A stretch of DNA of 64,000 nucleotides from Octopus vulgaris (GCA_951406725.2 OX597837.1:7130001-7194000), one strand, 5' to 3'; shown: positions 1 to 11,708, counted from the first letter of the stretch. The notes: a model not told the origin generated them from the sequence alone. Program-made: numbers and translations.

Positions 1-268
1 GACACAATAGGTAAACTGTTCTATGATTCTAAACCTGTTCGAATTAAATAAACAAAAAAAGCTGGGGATGAACAAACCTGAAAAAGGCCACAGAGGTAAT
101 CTATGGAATACTTATTACAAATTAACTTGCAGTACATTAAATTATTTCACCTGATTCTTCCTTCGACCGATATTAATTTCCAGGGGTTCGAGAAGAACAT
201 TGGCATCGATCTTATCAATCTAAGAGGATCGGCGAAGGCCCATATACTTGTCATTTCTTAGCGAGTAA

Positions 269-318
<50 letters not shown>

Positions 319-326
319 GATATATA

Positions 327-698
327 TTCTTGTTTCAATTAATTTCACTGCGGCCATGCTGGAGAACCAGCTTTAGTCGAACAAATCAACCCCGGGGCTT
401 ATAAGCTTAGTACTTATTTTATCGAGCTCTTTCGCCGAACCGATGTTTTACGGGGATGCAAACACAGCAACATTGGTTGTCAAGCGATGGTGGGAAGACA
501 AACACAGACACAAAAATCGATATGTGTGTGTGTGTGATGGGCTTCTTTCAGTTTCCGTTTACTAAACCCACTCACAAGACTTTCATCGGCCCGAGGCTAT
601 AGTAGAAGGCACTTGCCCAAGGCTCCACACAATGGGACTGAACCCGGAACCATGTGGTTGAGAAGCAAACTTTTTTACCACAGAGCCACTCTTGCGCC
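327..698 (-). mobile_element. tRNA-derived CORE-type SINE (family A), full length
   Basis: Reverse complement of the family A consensus seen at 11709, 52301 and 54655: tRNA-like head with A box (tggctgtgtgg) and B box (ggttcagtccc), CORE-like ccttgggcaagtg, internal (TG)n and tail ...gcatggccgcagt...gaaacaag. Confidence 0.85.
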
Positions 699-739
<41 letters not shown>

Positions 740-1046
740 ATCGTGATAGAGTAATAATTATAATATAATAATAATATTTATCCAACGTTATGTAGGCACA
801 GCGCGGTACAATCCCATAAAATTTCTGTTGCAGGTTCGAATCAGTAGAAAGTAGCCAACATCATAAAATAGCTTTTATATACCTGTAAACGAACGTGAAT
901 ATATATACATATATAAATTTCGATGGGTGAAGTAAATCGGTTGAACTCGAAGTAGAAAAGCTTTTAATTATAGAATTTTATCTTTTGTCTATAATATCTA
1001 CAACAGAAAACATGTCAAAGGCAGAAGGATGTCCATTCCTACGCGG

Positions 1047-1104
<58 letters not shown>

Positions 1105-1194
1105 ATAAATAGATGAGTGTATTTTTATTCATATATATATATATAAAACACTTCATGAACAACTTAATACAATTTTACTGACATATATATATAT

Positions 1195-1439
1195 ATCGAT
1201 GGGTGAATGAATTATCCTATATTTACCGTCAACATGGAAAATTCGATGAACCGATACCAGGGTAGCAAATTCACGTCAGAAACACCGTTGAAGCGACCTA
1301 TCCAAAGGTAGAAACTCCGGGTTCATGTGCAGAAATTTGTGTGTTATATATGAATAAATAAATAAATGGAGTTGAACGAGGATGTTAATAAAATTTATTA
1401 ACATCTTCGTTGAACTCCATTTATTTATTTATTTATTTA
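1195..1439. repeat. (TA)n-embedded repeat with a terminal fold-back palindrome (1353-1439)
   Basis: aaatggagttgaacgaggatgttaataaa / tttattaacatcttcgttgaactccattt form an inverted repeat; the body (accgataccagggtagcaaa) resembles the minus strand of 37210-37340. Confidence 0.6.
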
Positions 1440-1444
1440 TTATA

Positions 1445-1492
<48 letters not shown>

Positions 1493-1495
<3 letters not shown>

Positions 1496-1800
1496 AGGCA
1501 CATGGCCTAGTGGTCAGAGCAGCGGACTCGCGGTCGAGGGATCGCGGGTGCGAATCTCAGACCGGGCGATGTGTGTGTTTATGAGCGAAACAGCTAAGCT
1601 CCACGCTGCTCCGGCGGAAGGTAATGGCGAAGTTCTGCTCACTCTTTCGTCACATCTTTCCCTCGCTCTTTCCTCCTGCATCTAACAGTTCACTTGCGGC
1701 GGACAGGCGTCCCATCCAAGTGGGGGACCTATGCGGCAATGAGATCGGGAAACCGGCCCTTACGAGCCAGATATGGCTCGAGAAGGAACAAACGACAACA
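1493..1800 (+). mobile_element. tRNA-derived SINE (family C1)
   Basis: Head ggaggcacatggcctagtggtcagagcagcggactcgcggtc...gcgaatctcagaccggg with A/B boxes, shared with the 3570 copy; different 3' body ending in an aca-rich tail. Confidence 0.75.
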
Positions 1801-2589
1801 TATATACGACGTCGTGCTTGAGTGAATTTAAATTGTACGATATACGTGGACTGATCAATAAGTATCCGGACTGTTACCATAGTAACGGCGCTAAAGCACG
1901 CAGTGAAGCTGCTTGTCACAAACTGACTTTGAACGCTGCTGTGTATGCGCACTAAGTTTTAACGTTCTAGCTCCTTTCTGTTGTTTACTGCAGTGCTTGG
2001 AAGGAACGTGTGTAGCGTGAGATCATCGCATTGAGCAAAGAATCTGCACCAAATTTTTATTTTATTTTATTTATTCTTTTTTTTTTTGTTTCCGTATAAA
2101 GGAGTAGTTACCTCAATCCTATAAAATATTACCAAAAATGAAGTAGATTGACAAGTTCATTTTTTGAACCAGTAGATGGCACGCTAGATGCCGAAATATC
2201 GTACACTTGATTGCAATGGCACTCTTTTTGTTCTGCTTTAATAATAATAATAATGTAACGTATATTTGCCATGTAAATATGGCTAACCCCTAAGGGTGGA
2301 TGCTACTGTAGTTTGTAGCCCCAGGAGGACACCTCCTCCAGCTGGCTATTGAAGCATTATCTGTGCCCTATCAGTGTTTGCAAAGGGAAGCCATCTTCCC
2401 CGTCTTCAACTTATGATACACACGGACTCGAGTTTCTGTGTATTGACCCGTCATCGGCGTGTGACAATCACAGTTGTCGATGAGAAGTAGGTTCCCTTCA
2501 CAAATACTTAAACCTTTTTCCAGTATCGATAGACACTGATATCGAAAAAGTGTAAAGAAGCAATAATAATATTATTAAAAAATACCATA

Positions 2590-2760
2590 AGAATGAGAAC
2601 CCAGGTACGAAATTTTCCCCAAGACACCTGATGAAGGTTGGAGAATATATCAGTCGAAACGTTGTGTTAACAACAAACAAGATGAGGACAAATACCCGTC
2701 AGATGTAAGTAATGTAAATACTGTACGTAATTCCTCATCTCTTAAATATAGAACTGAAAG
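2590..2760 (+). mobile_element. Penelope-like element pseudo-LTR fragment
   Basis: Contains the cctgatgaagg...cgaaacgttg signature typical of Penelope pLTRs. Confidence 0.55.
2623..2668 (+). ncRNA. Minimal type I hammerhead ribozyme
   Basis: gacac-CTGATGA-a-ggttg(gagaatatat)cagtc-GAAA-CG-TT-gtgtt: stem I, core, stem II, palindromic ACGT stem III and GUU triplet. Confidence 0.65.
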
Positions 2761-3569
2761 CGGTGTATTTCAACACCAAAATATGATAACGAAAGCTTTA
2801 AGAGAATGATCGAGATATATTATTCTTCTGTGTCCCCGGTTGAATGAATAATATATAAACATCAACCATTCTCTTGCGTAGAACAAATGATGTGATATTG
2901 CTTGTTATCGTAATTGTTTTGTGGTGAAATATTTTAGTGCTAGGTGAATTCGTCCTTCTAGCTTCGTTCTATTTTAGTCAACAGAAGGTTCTTTTCTATT
3001 TCGCCATTTTATAGCAATTTTATTGCAATTAAATTATTCATTATTGAATTTATAACTCAAGTAAATGTGCTTTATGGCCTCGGTTCCTTCTATAACAACG
3101 ACTAAAAATATTATTTGCTTTTCGCAGTGTTGGTGATTTTGGTTTCCTTCGGTTCTTCAACAGCGCTGTTGTTGATATTGTCGTGTCGTGTCGGCCATGT
3201 TGTTTTTAAAAGAAATCTCTGTTTAGCGAAATCAAGTTTAGTTTCAATATCACTCGGAGCTTGAATAAAACAAACATAAAGGAATCTCTCTTCAATAAAT
3301 GTAACGAGTAGAATAACAAGGCAGTGAACAAGACTGAGTTTTAGAATTAATAGTGGGGGAACTGGCACCCAATGCGAATCTCAGGAAGTAGTGTCACACG
3401 CCAAAACGACATTGCTCACGCCATCTCTGTAAGCAGGTATGTATGTGTGCGCTTGTATGTATATCGATATGTATGTGCGTTTGTGTGTGTGCATCTGTGT
3501 GACTAGGAGTCTGTATAGGATTGTGTTTATATGTGCCTCTGTATATATCTATCGCCATATTTATCCATC

Positions 3570-3962
3570 GTGGAGGCGCAATGGCCCAGTGGTTAGGGCA
3601 GCGGACTCGCGGTCATAGGATCGCGGTTTCGATTCCCAGACCGGGCGTTGTGAGTGTTTATTGAGCGAAAACACCTAAAGCTCCACGAGGCTCCGGCAGG
3701 GGGTGGTGGTGATCCCTGCTGTACTCTTTCACCACAACTTTCTCTCACTCTTACTTTCTGTTTCTGTTGTACCTGTATTTCAAAGGGCCGGCCTTGTCAC
3801 TCTCTGTGTCACGCTGAATATCCCCGAGAACTACGTTAAGGGTACACGTGTCTGTGGAGTGCTCAGCCACTTACACGTTAATTTCACGAGCAGGCTGTTC
3901 CGTTGATTCGGATCAACCGGAACCCTCGTCGTCGTAACCGACGGAGTGCTTCCATAATAATT
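3570..3962 (+). mobile_element. tRNA-derived SINE (family C2), full length, 15-bp TSD
   Basis: tRNA head ggaggcgcaatggcccagtggttagggcagcgg...gtttcgattccc; TSD ccatatttatccatc at 3555-3569 and 3963-3977. Confidence 0.85.
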
Positions 3963-4284
3963 CCATATTTATCCATCTGTCTATCGCCATCTTTATCCAT
4001 TTGTCTATCGCCATCTTTATTCATCTGTCTATCTCCATCTTAATCCATCTATCGCCATCTTTATCTATCTCAGTCAATCAATGATATGGTTATAAATCCT
4101 ATATACGTGTTTTTCTAAGTGTGTTTTGTGTGTCTACATATCAGTTTGTGTATTTATATTTTATGAAAGTGTTCCTGTGTGTTTATGTGTCTGTGTATAT
4201 ATATGTGGATGGACGTATGCGTATGTGTGCATATATTCGTAAATGCGCATATGCAATGTTTATATTCGTGTATAATATTTTATT

Positions 4285-4462
4285 TTGAATTTGTCGAATC
4301 CGATAAACAAGAACAAACACTGGTTGCTTTGAGATAAAATAGAATTATCGATGATATTGTATCCATAATACAATATCATCGATACAGTGTTATTGATCTG
4401 GTTAAAATGGTTGTTTACTTTGAAGTCTAAAAATAAACTAGAATAATTGTCACGTGAGCTGC
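4285..4462 (+). repeat. Left arm of ~180-bp inverted repeat (partner 6911-7095)
   Basis: ggttgtttactttgaagtctaaaaata...tgtcacgtga matches the reverse complement of tcacatgaca...tatttttggacttcaaagtaaacaacc. Confidence 0.8.
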
Positions 4463-4582
4463 GTTATCATTTAAATCTATTGCTGAAATATCTGCCATCC
4501 GAGTTGTCTCCGTTTCCCTCACACCCTGTCTGTGTATTTTTCTGTTGATGTGTATATTTTTGTATTTATATATGCATTTATT

Positions 4583-4628
<46 letters not shown>

Positions 4629-4879
4629 CCCTTGTCCTGTTTTTGCTGCGTCTTTTTTCTTTTTTTTTTTTGTAGTTATTGCATAGATGGGTCACATTTG
4701 GTTTGGATTTGAAAGGAATTCTATTCATATGCATGAGTGTATCGCAAAATATCTGCCATCCATATTCGTGCGTGCGTATGGATGTTTATAAATTGTATAT
4801 ATTTATTGTGTATACATATTTTGCATGTGTGTGTGTGTGTACACACACATACACACACACTTCATTAAAGCAGAGAACT

Positions 4880-5100
4880 GACAGGAGCATTAGCACGCTG
4901 AACAAGTTGTTTCGCGGCATCTTCCCAGGTTTTGCGTTCTGCGTTCAAATTCCGCCGTAGTCGGCCTTGGCTTTCATCCTTTTCAAAGGTTAGCAAAATA
5001 CCTACCAATTGAGCATTGGGATCGATGTAATCGATTACTCCCCTCCTCAAAAATTTCAGGTTTTATGCCTTTAGTAGGAAGGACTATTGTTATTGTCATT
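4880..5100 (+). mobile_element. Degenerate family B SINE (Nin/Deu-like domain, ATT-tail type)
   Basis: gttcaaattccgccg...ctttcatcct...gggatcgatgtaatcgat...aaaatttcagg...gaaggactattgttatt. Confidence 0.7.
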
Positions 5101-5763
5101 AGATGCGTGTACAATCATGTAACACGTTCGAGTAAACTTGGACGTGGAAAGACCCATCACTGCGGAAATAATCTATGGAAATCGATCCATAGAATATGCG
5201 TTGAAACACATAATTAGGCTATAAATGATACTTGGGGGTTTCAGAACAAAAATTATTTTTCCTGTATATTTTATCATTCATTTATTACCGATTCATTTAA
5301 CACGGCATTTCTTTGAAACCAAACACCCTTGATAATTTAATTTGCATCCTTATTCATTTTGTACATCAGGTATTTTTGTGACTTCCTGTTCCTGAACTAC
5401 AAAACCATATCTTACAAGCAGAGAGCTAATATCTTGGTTGTTAGTTCAAAATAAAACTGCTTTGGTTATCTGTGTAGCTGTCTCTTGCGCCAATGACTCA
5501 AGTGTTATGTACACATTTTCGTCATAAGAGAAGCTGTGTTCCTGTGATGTGTGCAACAGCGATTTGCATATTTGTATTCGAATCGGTCAAGACATATAAA
5601 GAAAAAATATGCAAATCATCGTATCAGATCTCACTGTTCACAACGCAAAAAATAATTATCGGTTGAAAGGTGTCAGCACTGAACAGCAAACAGTTTTTTC
5701 ACTGAATTTATAACAAAGCCACTGGCTCTTGTTTAAACTCAGTGGTCCGTGGAGAAGGTGCTC

Positions 5764-5802
5764 CTGTCTGACGAGACACATGTCGAAACCCCGATGTCCC
5801 AG
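5764..5802 (+). ncRNA. Type I hammerhead ribozyme, copy 1
   Basis: ctgt-CTGACGA-GAC(acat)GTC-GAAA-C(cccgat)G-TC-ccag; predicted cleavage after C5798; the first stem I pair is mismatched. Confidence 0.7.
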
Positions 5803-6080
5803 AATCCCTTTCACCACTGAGTCGAGTGTGTTGTAAAGACAGCCATAGTAAAAAGTTGTTCTGCTGTGACGTACACAACAGCGATTAGCATGTTCGCGTT
5901 CGAATTTACCGAAACGTAATATGAATAAATATGCAAGTCATCGTTTCAGTGCAAACAGCGGTTTATTATCGGTTGACAGATTTAGAACTGATCAGCAAAC
6001 AGCTTGTTCGCTAAAATTATAAACAAAGCCACAGGCAGTTGTTTAAACTCAATGGCCCGTGGGAATGGTGAGGATGATTC

Positions 6081-6123
6081 CTGACTGACGAGACACAAGC
6101 ATGTCGAAACACCGATGTCGCAG
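6081..6123 (+). ncRNA. Type I hammerhead ribozyme, copy 2
   Basis: ctga-CTGACGA-GACA(caagca)TGTC-GAAA-CA(ccga)TG-TC-gcag; intact core, GUC triplet, predicted cleavage after C6119. Confidence 0.75.
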
Positions 6124-6166
6124 ACTGAGTCGAGTGTGTTGAGAACACAGTCATCGTAGAAAGTTG

Positions 6167-6592
6167 GGATCTTCTCGGTTTGAACGGCAGTTTTTTTCTA
6201 GCGGTGTCATATGAAATTGTCACCCATAATTATGACCCTAGAATCGATCTATTGCATTTCAATCTCTTTTAGGATTAGGGTTAGTTAGGCTTAGGGGTGG
6301 GGATGGGTATCTTTTTTTCTTCACAAATGTAAATAAACCCAATCTGTTTCTTAAACAAGGGACATATTCATACGGCACAGAATGCTTTTTAACTCAATAG
6401 ACGTCACTGATTGGTTGAAATTGCAGAAATTGAAGAAAAATAACAACAAATATCTTACAAACTATAGAATGTTCTCAATAAAGCCAAGAGAAAAAGATGT
6501 TTTATAAACACATTCTACCTGTATACGAAGTTCAAAATTTTTTAGTTACCTAGAAATTATGTTAAAAACTGCTGTTCAAACCGAAAAGATCC
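6167..6592. mobile_element. Non-autonomous DNA transposon (MITE) with 28-bp TIRs and 8-bp TSD; possibly Merlin-like
   Basis: TIRs ggatcttctcggtttgaacggcagtttt / aaaactgctgttcaaaccgaaaagatcc; flanks gaaagttg / aaaacttg; internal ttaggg-like repeats; interrupts the tandem repeat. Confidence 0.8.
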
Positions 6593-6910
6593 AAAACTTG
6601 TCTTATTGTGACGTTAACAACAGTGAATAGAATGTTTGCGTTCGAATTTGCCGGAACTTAGGTATACTTCAAATTAAACACCGCTCGGCTTATTATAGTC
6701 GTAAAAAGTTGTTTTCCTTTGACGTACAAAACAACGATTAGCATATCTGAGTTCGAATCCGCCAGAGCGTATTAAAAATAAATAGGCAGTTCATCGTGTT
6801 ATTTTGAAGTTTTCTAACACCATTGGCTTGAATGACATTCCATACATAAGTATACAAACATTCATCTGATGTCCTTGTTCTTGTGGAGCAGTGAATCTGT
6901 CTTAGCGTTT

Positions 6911-7095
6911 GTAGGTCACATGACAAGTGTTCCAGCTATTTTTGGACTTCAAAGTAAACAACCGTTTTAACTAAATCAATAATGTCATATCGATGATACT
7001 GTATCTATAATACTGCGCCAATAATATATCGATAATTCTATTTTCTTTCAAACACCCATGTTTATTTTGGTTTATTGAATTTAACAAATTGACAA
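6911..7095 (-). repeat. Right arm of ~180-bp inverted repeat (partner 4285-4462)
   Basis: Reverse-complement similarity to 4285-4462. Confidence 0.8.
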
Positions 7096-7290
7096 CAAAC
7101 CATTACACACACACACACACACATCTACATATCTAAATACAAACACATATAAAATTCATTCAATCCACTTATCTAGATATACACACAAACACATATACAT
7201 CACAAATAAATAGACACATTCATGCTACATACATGTAAATGTACACATACACACATACACACACACACACACATACACACATACACACAT

Positions 7291-7321
<31 letters not shown>

Positions 7322-7396
7322 CATGCATACACACATTCATGCTACATACATGTAAGAACACAAACATAAAATTCATTCAATCCACATCTAGATATG

Positions 7397-7466
<70 letters not shown>

Positions 7467-7699
7467 CACATCACACATATATACAGACACATTCATACTA
7501 TATGCATGTAAATATACACATACACACATTCATGCTACATGCATGTAAATGCACACACACATACAGACACATACATATACGCACAAACATGTACAAATCC
7601 GCGTCCATGCATACATATGCATATCTCGAAGCACTTACGTATATCTATGCACATTCATGCATATATACACATTGTATACACGTTCATACATACACTTAT

Positions 7700-8250
7700 A
7701 TGGTGGCTGCCCCCTCGTTATCGAGTATGGCCATTGCACGAAGCTTAATCAATGTTGTTATCGTGCAATGCCTGTGCAAGAAGATTTTTTTAAAGTGAGG
7801 AAATACTGTGCACTGAGTCAATCCCACTCACTAAGCAACAGCAGCCATAATCCGAAAAGAAGAGCAAGTCAACATCATCGGTAACCACTGAGCCGCAGGT
7901 TTTATGTCGGAGTTATCCCAGTTACCTGAGTTACCTTCTCTTAGAAGGATGCCCTAACAAAGGCTAGGAGTCCTTCACTCCCAATGATTTAACCGCGCGA
8001 ACGGGTATTCAGTCCGATTATTTCTATGTCCCCGCGCATGATACATCCTTAAGACATTTATTGGATGGCCGTTGGCTCTCAAGAGTTCCTCCGCCCTTTG
8101 ATGGGTTTTGTTTTTCAGTCCGCAGGGTGTCCAATAAACACCCTCCTCACCAAGCAAGCTTGGTGTGGTTGTCAGTTTAGTCGCTGACGACCCGACCATG
8201 CAACAGGTTGTACAGGGTTAGATGTTACCAGTAGCACTCGAAAGTGACCT
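7700..8250 (-). mobile_element. Unclassified interspersed repeat fragment, possibly the 5' region of an RTE-type LINE
   Basis: GC-richer non-microsatellite block with a ccttctcttagaaggatgccctaacaaaggctaggag motif reminiscent of RTE-associated repeats; no ORF support. Confidence 0.3.
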
Positions 8251-8594
8251 GACATAAATACACTTATATACATATAAATACACTTATATACATATACACA
8301 TTCATGCGTATATTCACATACATCCACACATTCATATTTACATTTATACACATGCATATACACATATACATAACCAACGTAAAAAAAAACTTTATATATG
8401 GCATAAACATTCGCATATCTAATATGAGACTTAAATACGCTTCGCACACCGTCTCGCCACTAAAACCACTACTATCGACCTTGATCAAATTCTCGTCCTA
8501 GAATTATTCATTGAAGAATCCGTTTGTCCTAACGATATTCTACACAATCTTTAATTCCCAAGGTAGATATTTGTTTTTTAACAACATGACCAGT

Positions 8595-8672
8595 CAGGAG
8601 TGGCTGTGTTGTAAGTAGCTTGCTTACCAACTACATGGTTCCGGGTTCAGTCCCACTACGGGGCACCTTGCT
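8595..8672 (+). mobile_element. Family A SINE 5' fragment
   Basis: ggagtggctgtgttgtaagtagcttgcttacc...gggttcagtcccactacggggcaccttg. Confidence 0.75.
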
Positions 8673-9743
8673 TGTGATCTACACCTTTTGCACAAATTTG
8701 GCAACGAGAGATTCCTCTTACAACAGATATTCACAGAAAGGACACCCCAACGCTGACACATGCCTTTATTCTTTTATGGAACTTTTCATTGAATTGAGTA
8801 TTGAGTAATGGATCGGTTTATTCGACTAACCCTCTTCCCTATTTCATTTTGTGGAATACTGAGGTTGTTTCACATATTTTTCATATAATCTTTTATGTTT
8901 TCAGTTAGAGAAAAATAAATTCATACTTAAATTTATGGTAATCTCTTAAAATATGTTCAAATCTGTGTCGCGTCACTAATTTATTTTCAATAATTTTAAA
9001 TTTACATCATGGTATTTCACAAGGTACAAGTCTAAAATAAAAAAAGAACCATCGTCTCTGTATATACCTCATCGCAAGGTAAACAATATTTTAATTAAAA
9101 ACTCCAAAATAAACCTGATAACAATTTTGTATAATTAAGTCCCATTGTGTGGTCCCATTAAAATATCAAATAATTATTCTGCTTCATTTGAACCCAGATT
9201 GAGTTATCAATAACAAAGGATTGCCTTGTAAACATAATCTTAATGTCAAATTACTCGCTTATTAATACGATAATGTTGGCGAAATTATTTTTGATGAGAA
9301 AAGGTTTAGTTGTGGAAAGACAGAATTTTATAATACCAAGTAAAGTAAATTTGAAGTATTTTTTGTCCTTAATGCCACTAAACGATTCTATAACAGACGT
9401 ACTATTGTTCCGTAATGTCTGCGAAATTCTAATGGAGTCTAGAAAATCGTCACTGGCTCTACTTCACTCCACTTTGTTGAGTAGATTAACCTTAAAACTA
9501 GGGTGGGATACTGTAGATCTGGCAGCTAAAGCAATAATAGCCACGTAGTATTAGTAGTAGTGGTGGTGGTTGTAGTAGTAATAGTAGTAGTGGTTGTAGT
9601 ATAAACAAATATGATAGGTTACCCATTAATATTTCACTATATAATAAAATCGATAATCTATTACATCTAATTACGTTTAAAAAATAACATTTATTGATTT
9701 CTGGTTGTTTGTTTCACTATGAAATAGAGGCAGATAGATACAT

Positions 9744-9784
<41 letters not shown>

Positions 9785-10578
9785 GATAGATACATAGATA
9801 GAAAGATAGATAGAAACAGCGATAGATGTGTTGAATAATGGATGGGGGGAAAGATAGACAGGTTTAACTCTAATATAATACCAAACGGGAAAGAAATTGT
9901 TCATATAAAAAAAAAAAAATAATAATAATAATAAGCAACGGCAACACTGATAACAAAAATGGTAAAAATAAAGTTTTAAAAAATGAGTGTCTTTGAAAAT
10001 AACATTGATGCAATCATAAAATAGATCGATAGCTTTCGAATAAATTGTGATCGGTAAAGTAGAAATCAATGAATTTTGTAGCATCTAAAATTGTAGCAAT
10101 TTATTAAATCATTGCTCCATCCTCGAGAGAGAGAGAGATTACGATAAACGTGGCGTCTTGGAACCGCAACGTTACACGGCATTGAGTAAGGTGTGTATAT
10201 GTATGTATACACACATATAAATATATATACATATGTGAATATATATACACACACACACACATATATATATACACGTATGTTTGTGTGTGTATGTATATCT
10301 ATATATATATCTCAGTGGGTTGTTTGTGTGTGTGTATGTGTATATAAATATCATGAATAGATATTAGGTTATTATGCGTGTGTGTATGTATATATGTGTA
10401 TATAAATATATATACATCATGAATAGGTTGTGTGTGTATATATGTGTGTGTGTATGTATATATGTGTATATAAATATATATACATCATGAATAGGTTGTG
10501 TGTGTATATATGTGTGTGTGTATGTATGTATATATGTGTATATAAATATACATCATGACTAGGTTGTGTGTGTGTGTA

Positions 10579-11325
10579 GGGTCATCCCATAAATAATGCA
10601 GTTTTTTCAATTGCATAAACTAAAGTATCAACTTGCTATAAAAGCAGGTAGTAATTTTACCTTGTATTTATTCCTAGTGAAAGTTTTGAAGAGTGCACTT
10701 CGATTTAAGTAGTTATTTTTTTCAAAACTATAAGGGAAGTGACAAAGGAACATATTTTGCTTTATGAGTTCAATATACAGCATATTTTGTTTTATGAGTT
10801 CAGTAAAACAACAACGCAACAGAATGTGCGAGGCACATTAATGCAGTATATGGGGATCGGACAATAAACGTAAGCCAGTGTCAACGGCGGTTCCAGAAAT
10901 TCCGAGCTGGAAACTACATCCTAGAAGACAAGCCCCGTCCTGGAAAATCTGTAGAGCTCGACGAGGACGTCCAGCAAAAGTTGGTGGAACAAAATCTCAT
11001 CGTAACTGTTGAGAAACTCGCAGAGAAGCTTGGATTTGGTCATTCAACCATTCATCGACACATGCGGGCCATCGGGAAAGTCAGAAAATTGGGTCAATGG
11101 GTTCCTCACAAATGGGTTCTGAGTCTTTAGTGTCACGTCTCACGAATGAACCTTTTTTGGACCGAGAAATGGGTTCTCTATGAAAATGTCAAGCGCCGAA
11201 GACAGTGGGTAGGGAAACGAGAAACAGCGGTACCTTCGCCCACGAAAGGTGCTGTTATTTATTTGGAATATGAAAGGTTTAGTCCAATTTTAACTTTTAG
11301 ACCCAAACCAAACGATAAGAAAGAC
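10579..11325 (+). pseudogene. Mariner (Tc1/mariner) transposase remnant with left end
   Basis: Manual translation of ~10807-11112 gives NATECARHINAVYGD..QRRFQKFRAGNYILEDKPRPGKS..GHSTIHRHMRAIGKVRKLGQWVPHK (HTH region and WVPH motif), then EKWVLYENVKRRRQW; stops and deletions present; begins after TA. Confidence 0.85.
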
Positions 11326-11326
11326 T

Positions 11327-11628
11327 ACGAAAGGATGAAAGGCAAAATCGACCTCGGCGGAATTTGAACTCAGAACGTAGCGGCAGACGAAATACCTATT
11401 TCTTTACTACCCACAAGGGGCTAAACACAGAGTGGACAAACAAGGACAGACAACCGGATTAAGTCGATTACATCGACCCCAGTGTGCAACTGGTACTTAA
11501 TTTATCGACCCCGAAAGGATGAAAGGCAAGGTCGACCTCGGCGGAATTTGAACTCAGAACGTAACGGCAGACAAAATACGGTTAAGCATTTCGTCCGGTG
11601 TGCTAACAGCTCTGCCAGCTCGCAGCCT
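11327..11628 (-). mobile_element. Family B SINE dimer (Tx1-tail unit joined to a truncated unit)
   Basis: Junction gaaata|ggtatttcgtctgccg at 11396/11397. Confidence 0.85.
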
Positions 11629-11708
11629 TATGGCTGCTCTAATAATATTAGGAAGAAAATGGATTTCTTGCATAAATAAAACGCCCTGAAATTTGGAAAG
11701 AGTAAATA

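Larger units (their letters stand above)
5540..6800 (+). repeat. Diverged ~320-bp tandem repeat (2 full and 2 partial units) carrying hammerhead ribozymes; retrozyme-like
   Basis: Recurring blocks tgtgacgt..caacagcgattagcat..ttcgaat at ~5545, ~5866, ~6607 and ~6720; aacaaagccac..gtttaaactca at ~5712 and ~6021. Confidence 0.8.

Noticed and set aside
3570-3645. tRNA gene (also the heads at 1493, 11709, 46068 and 52301)
   Set aside because: A and B boxes are present but the sequences continue into SINE bodies and I could not form a full cloverleaf
6269-6297. Interstitial telomere
   Set aside because: Only a few degenerate TTAGGG units, internal to a MITE
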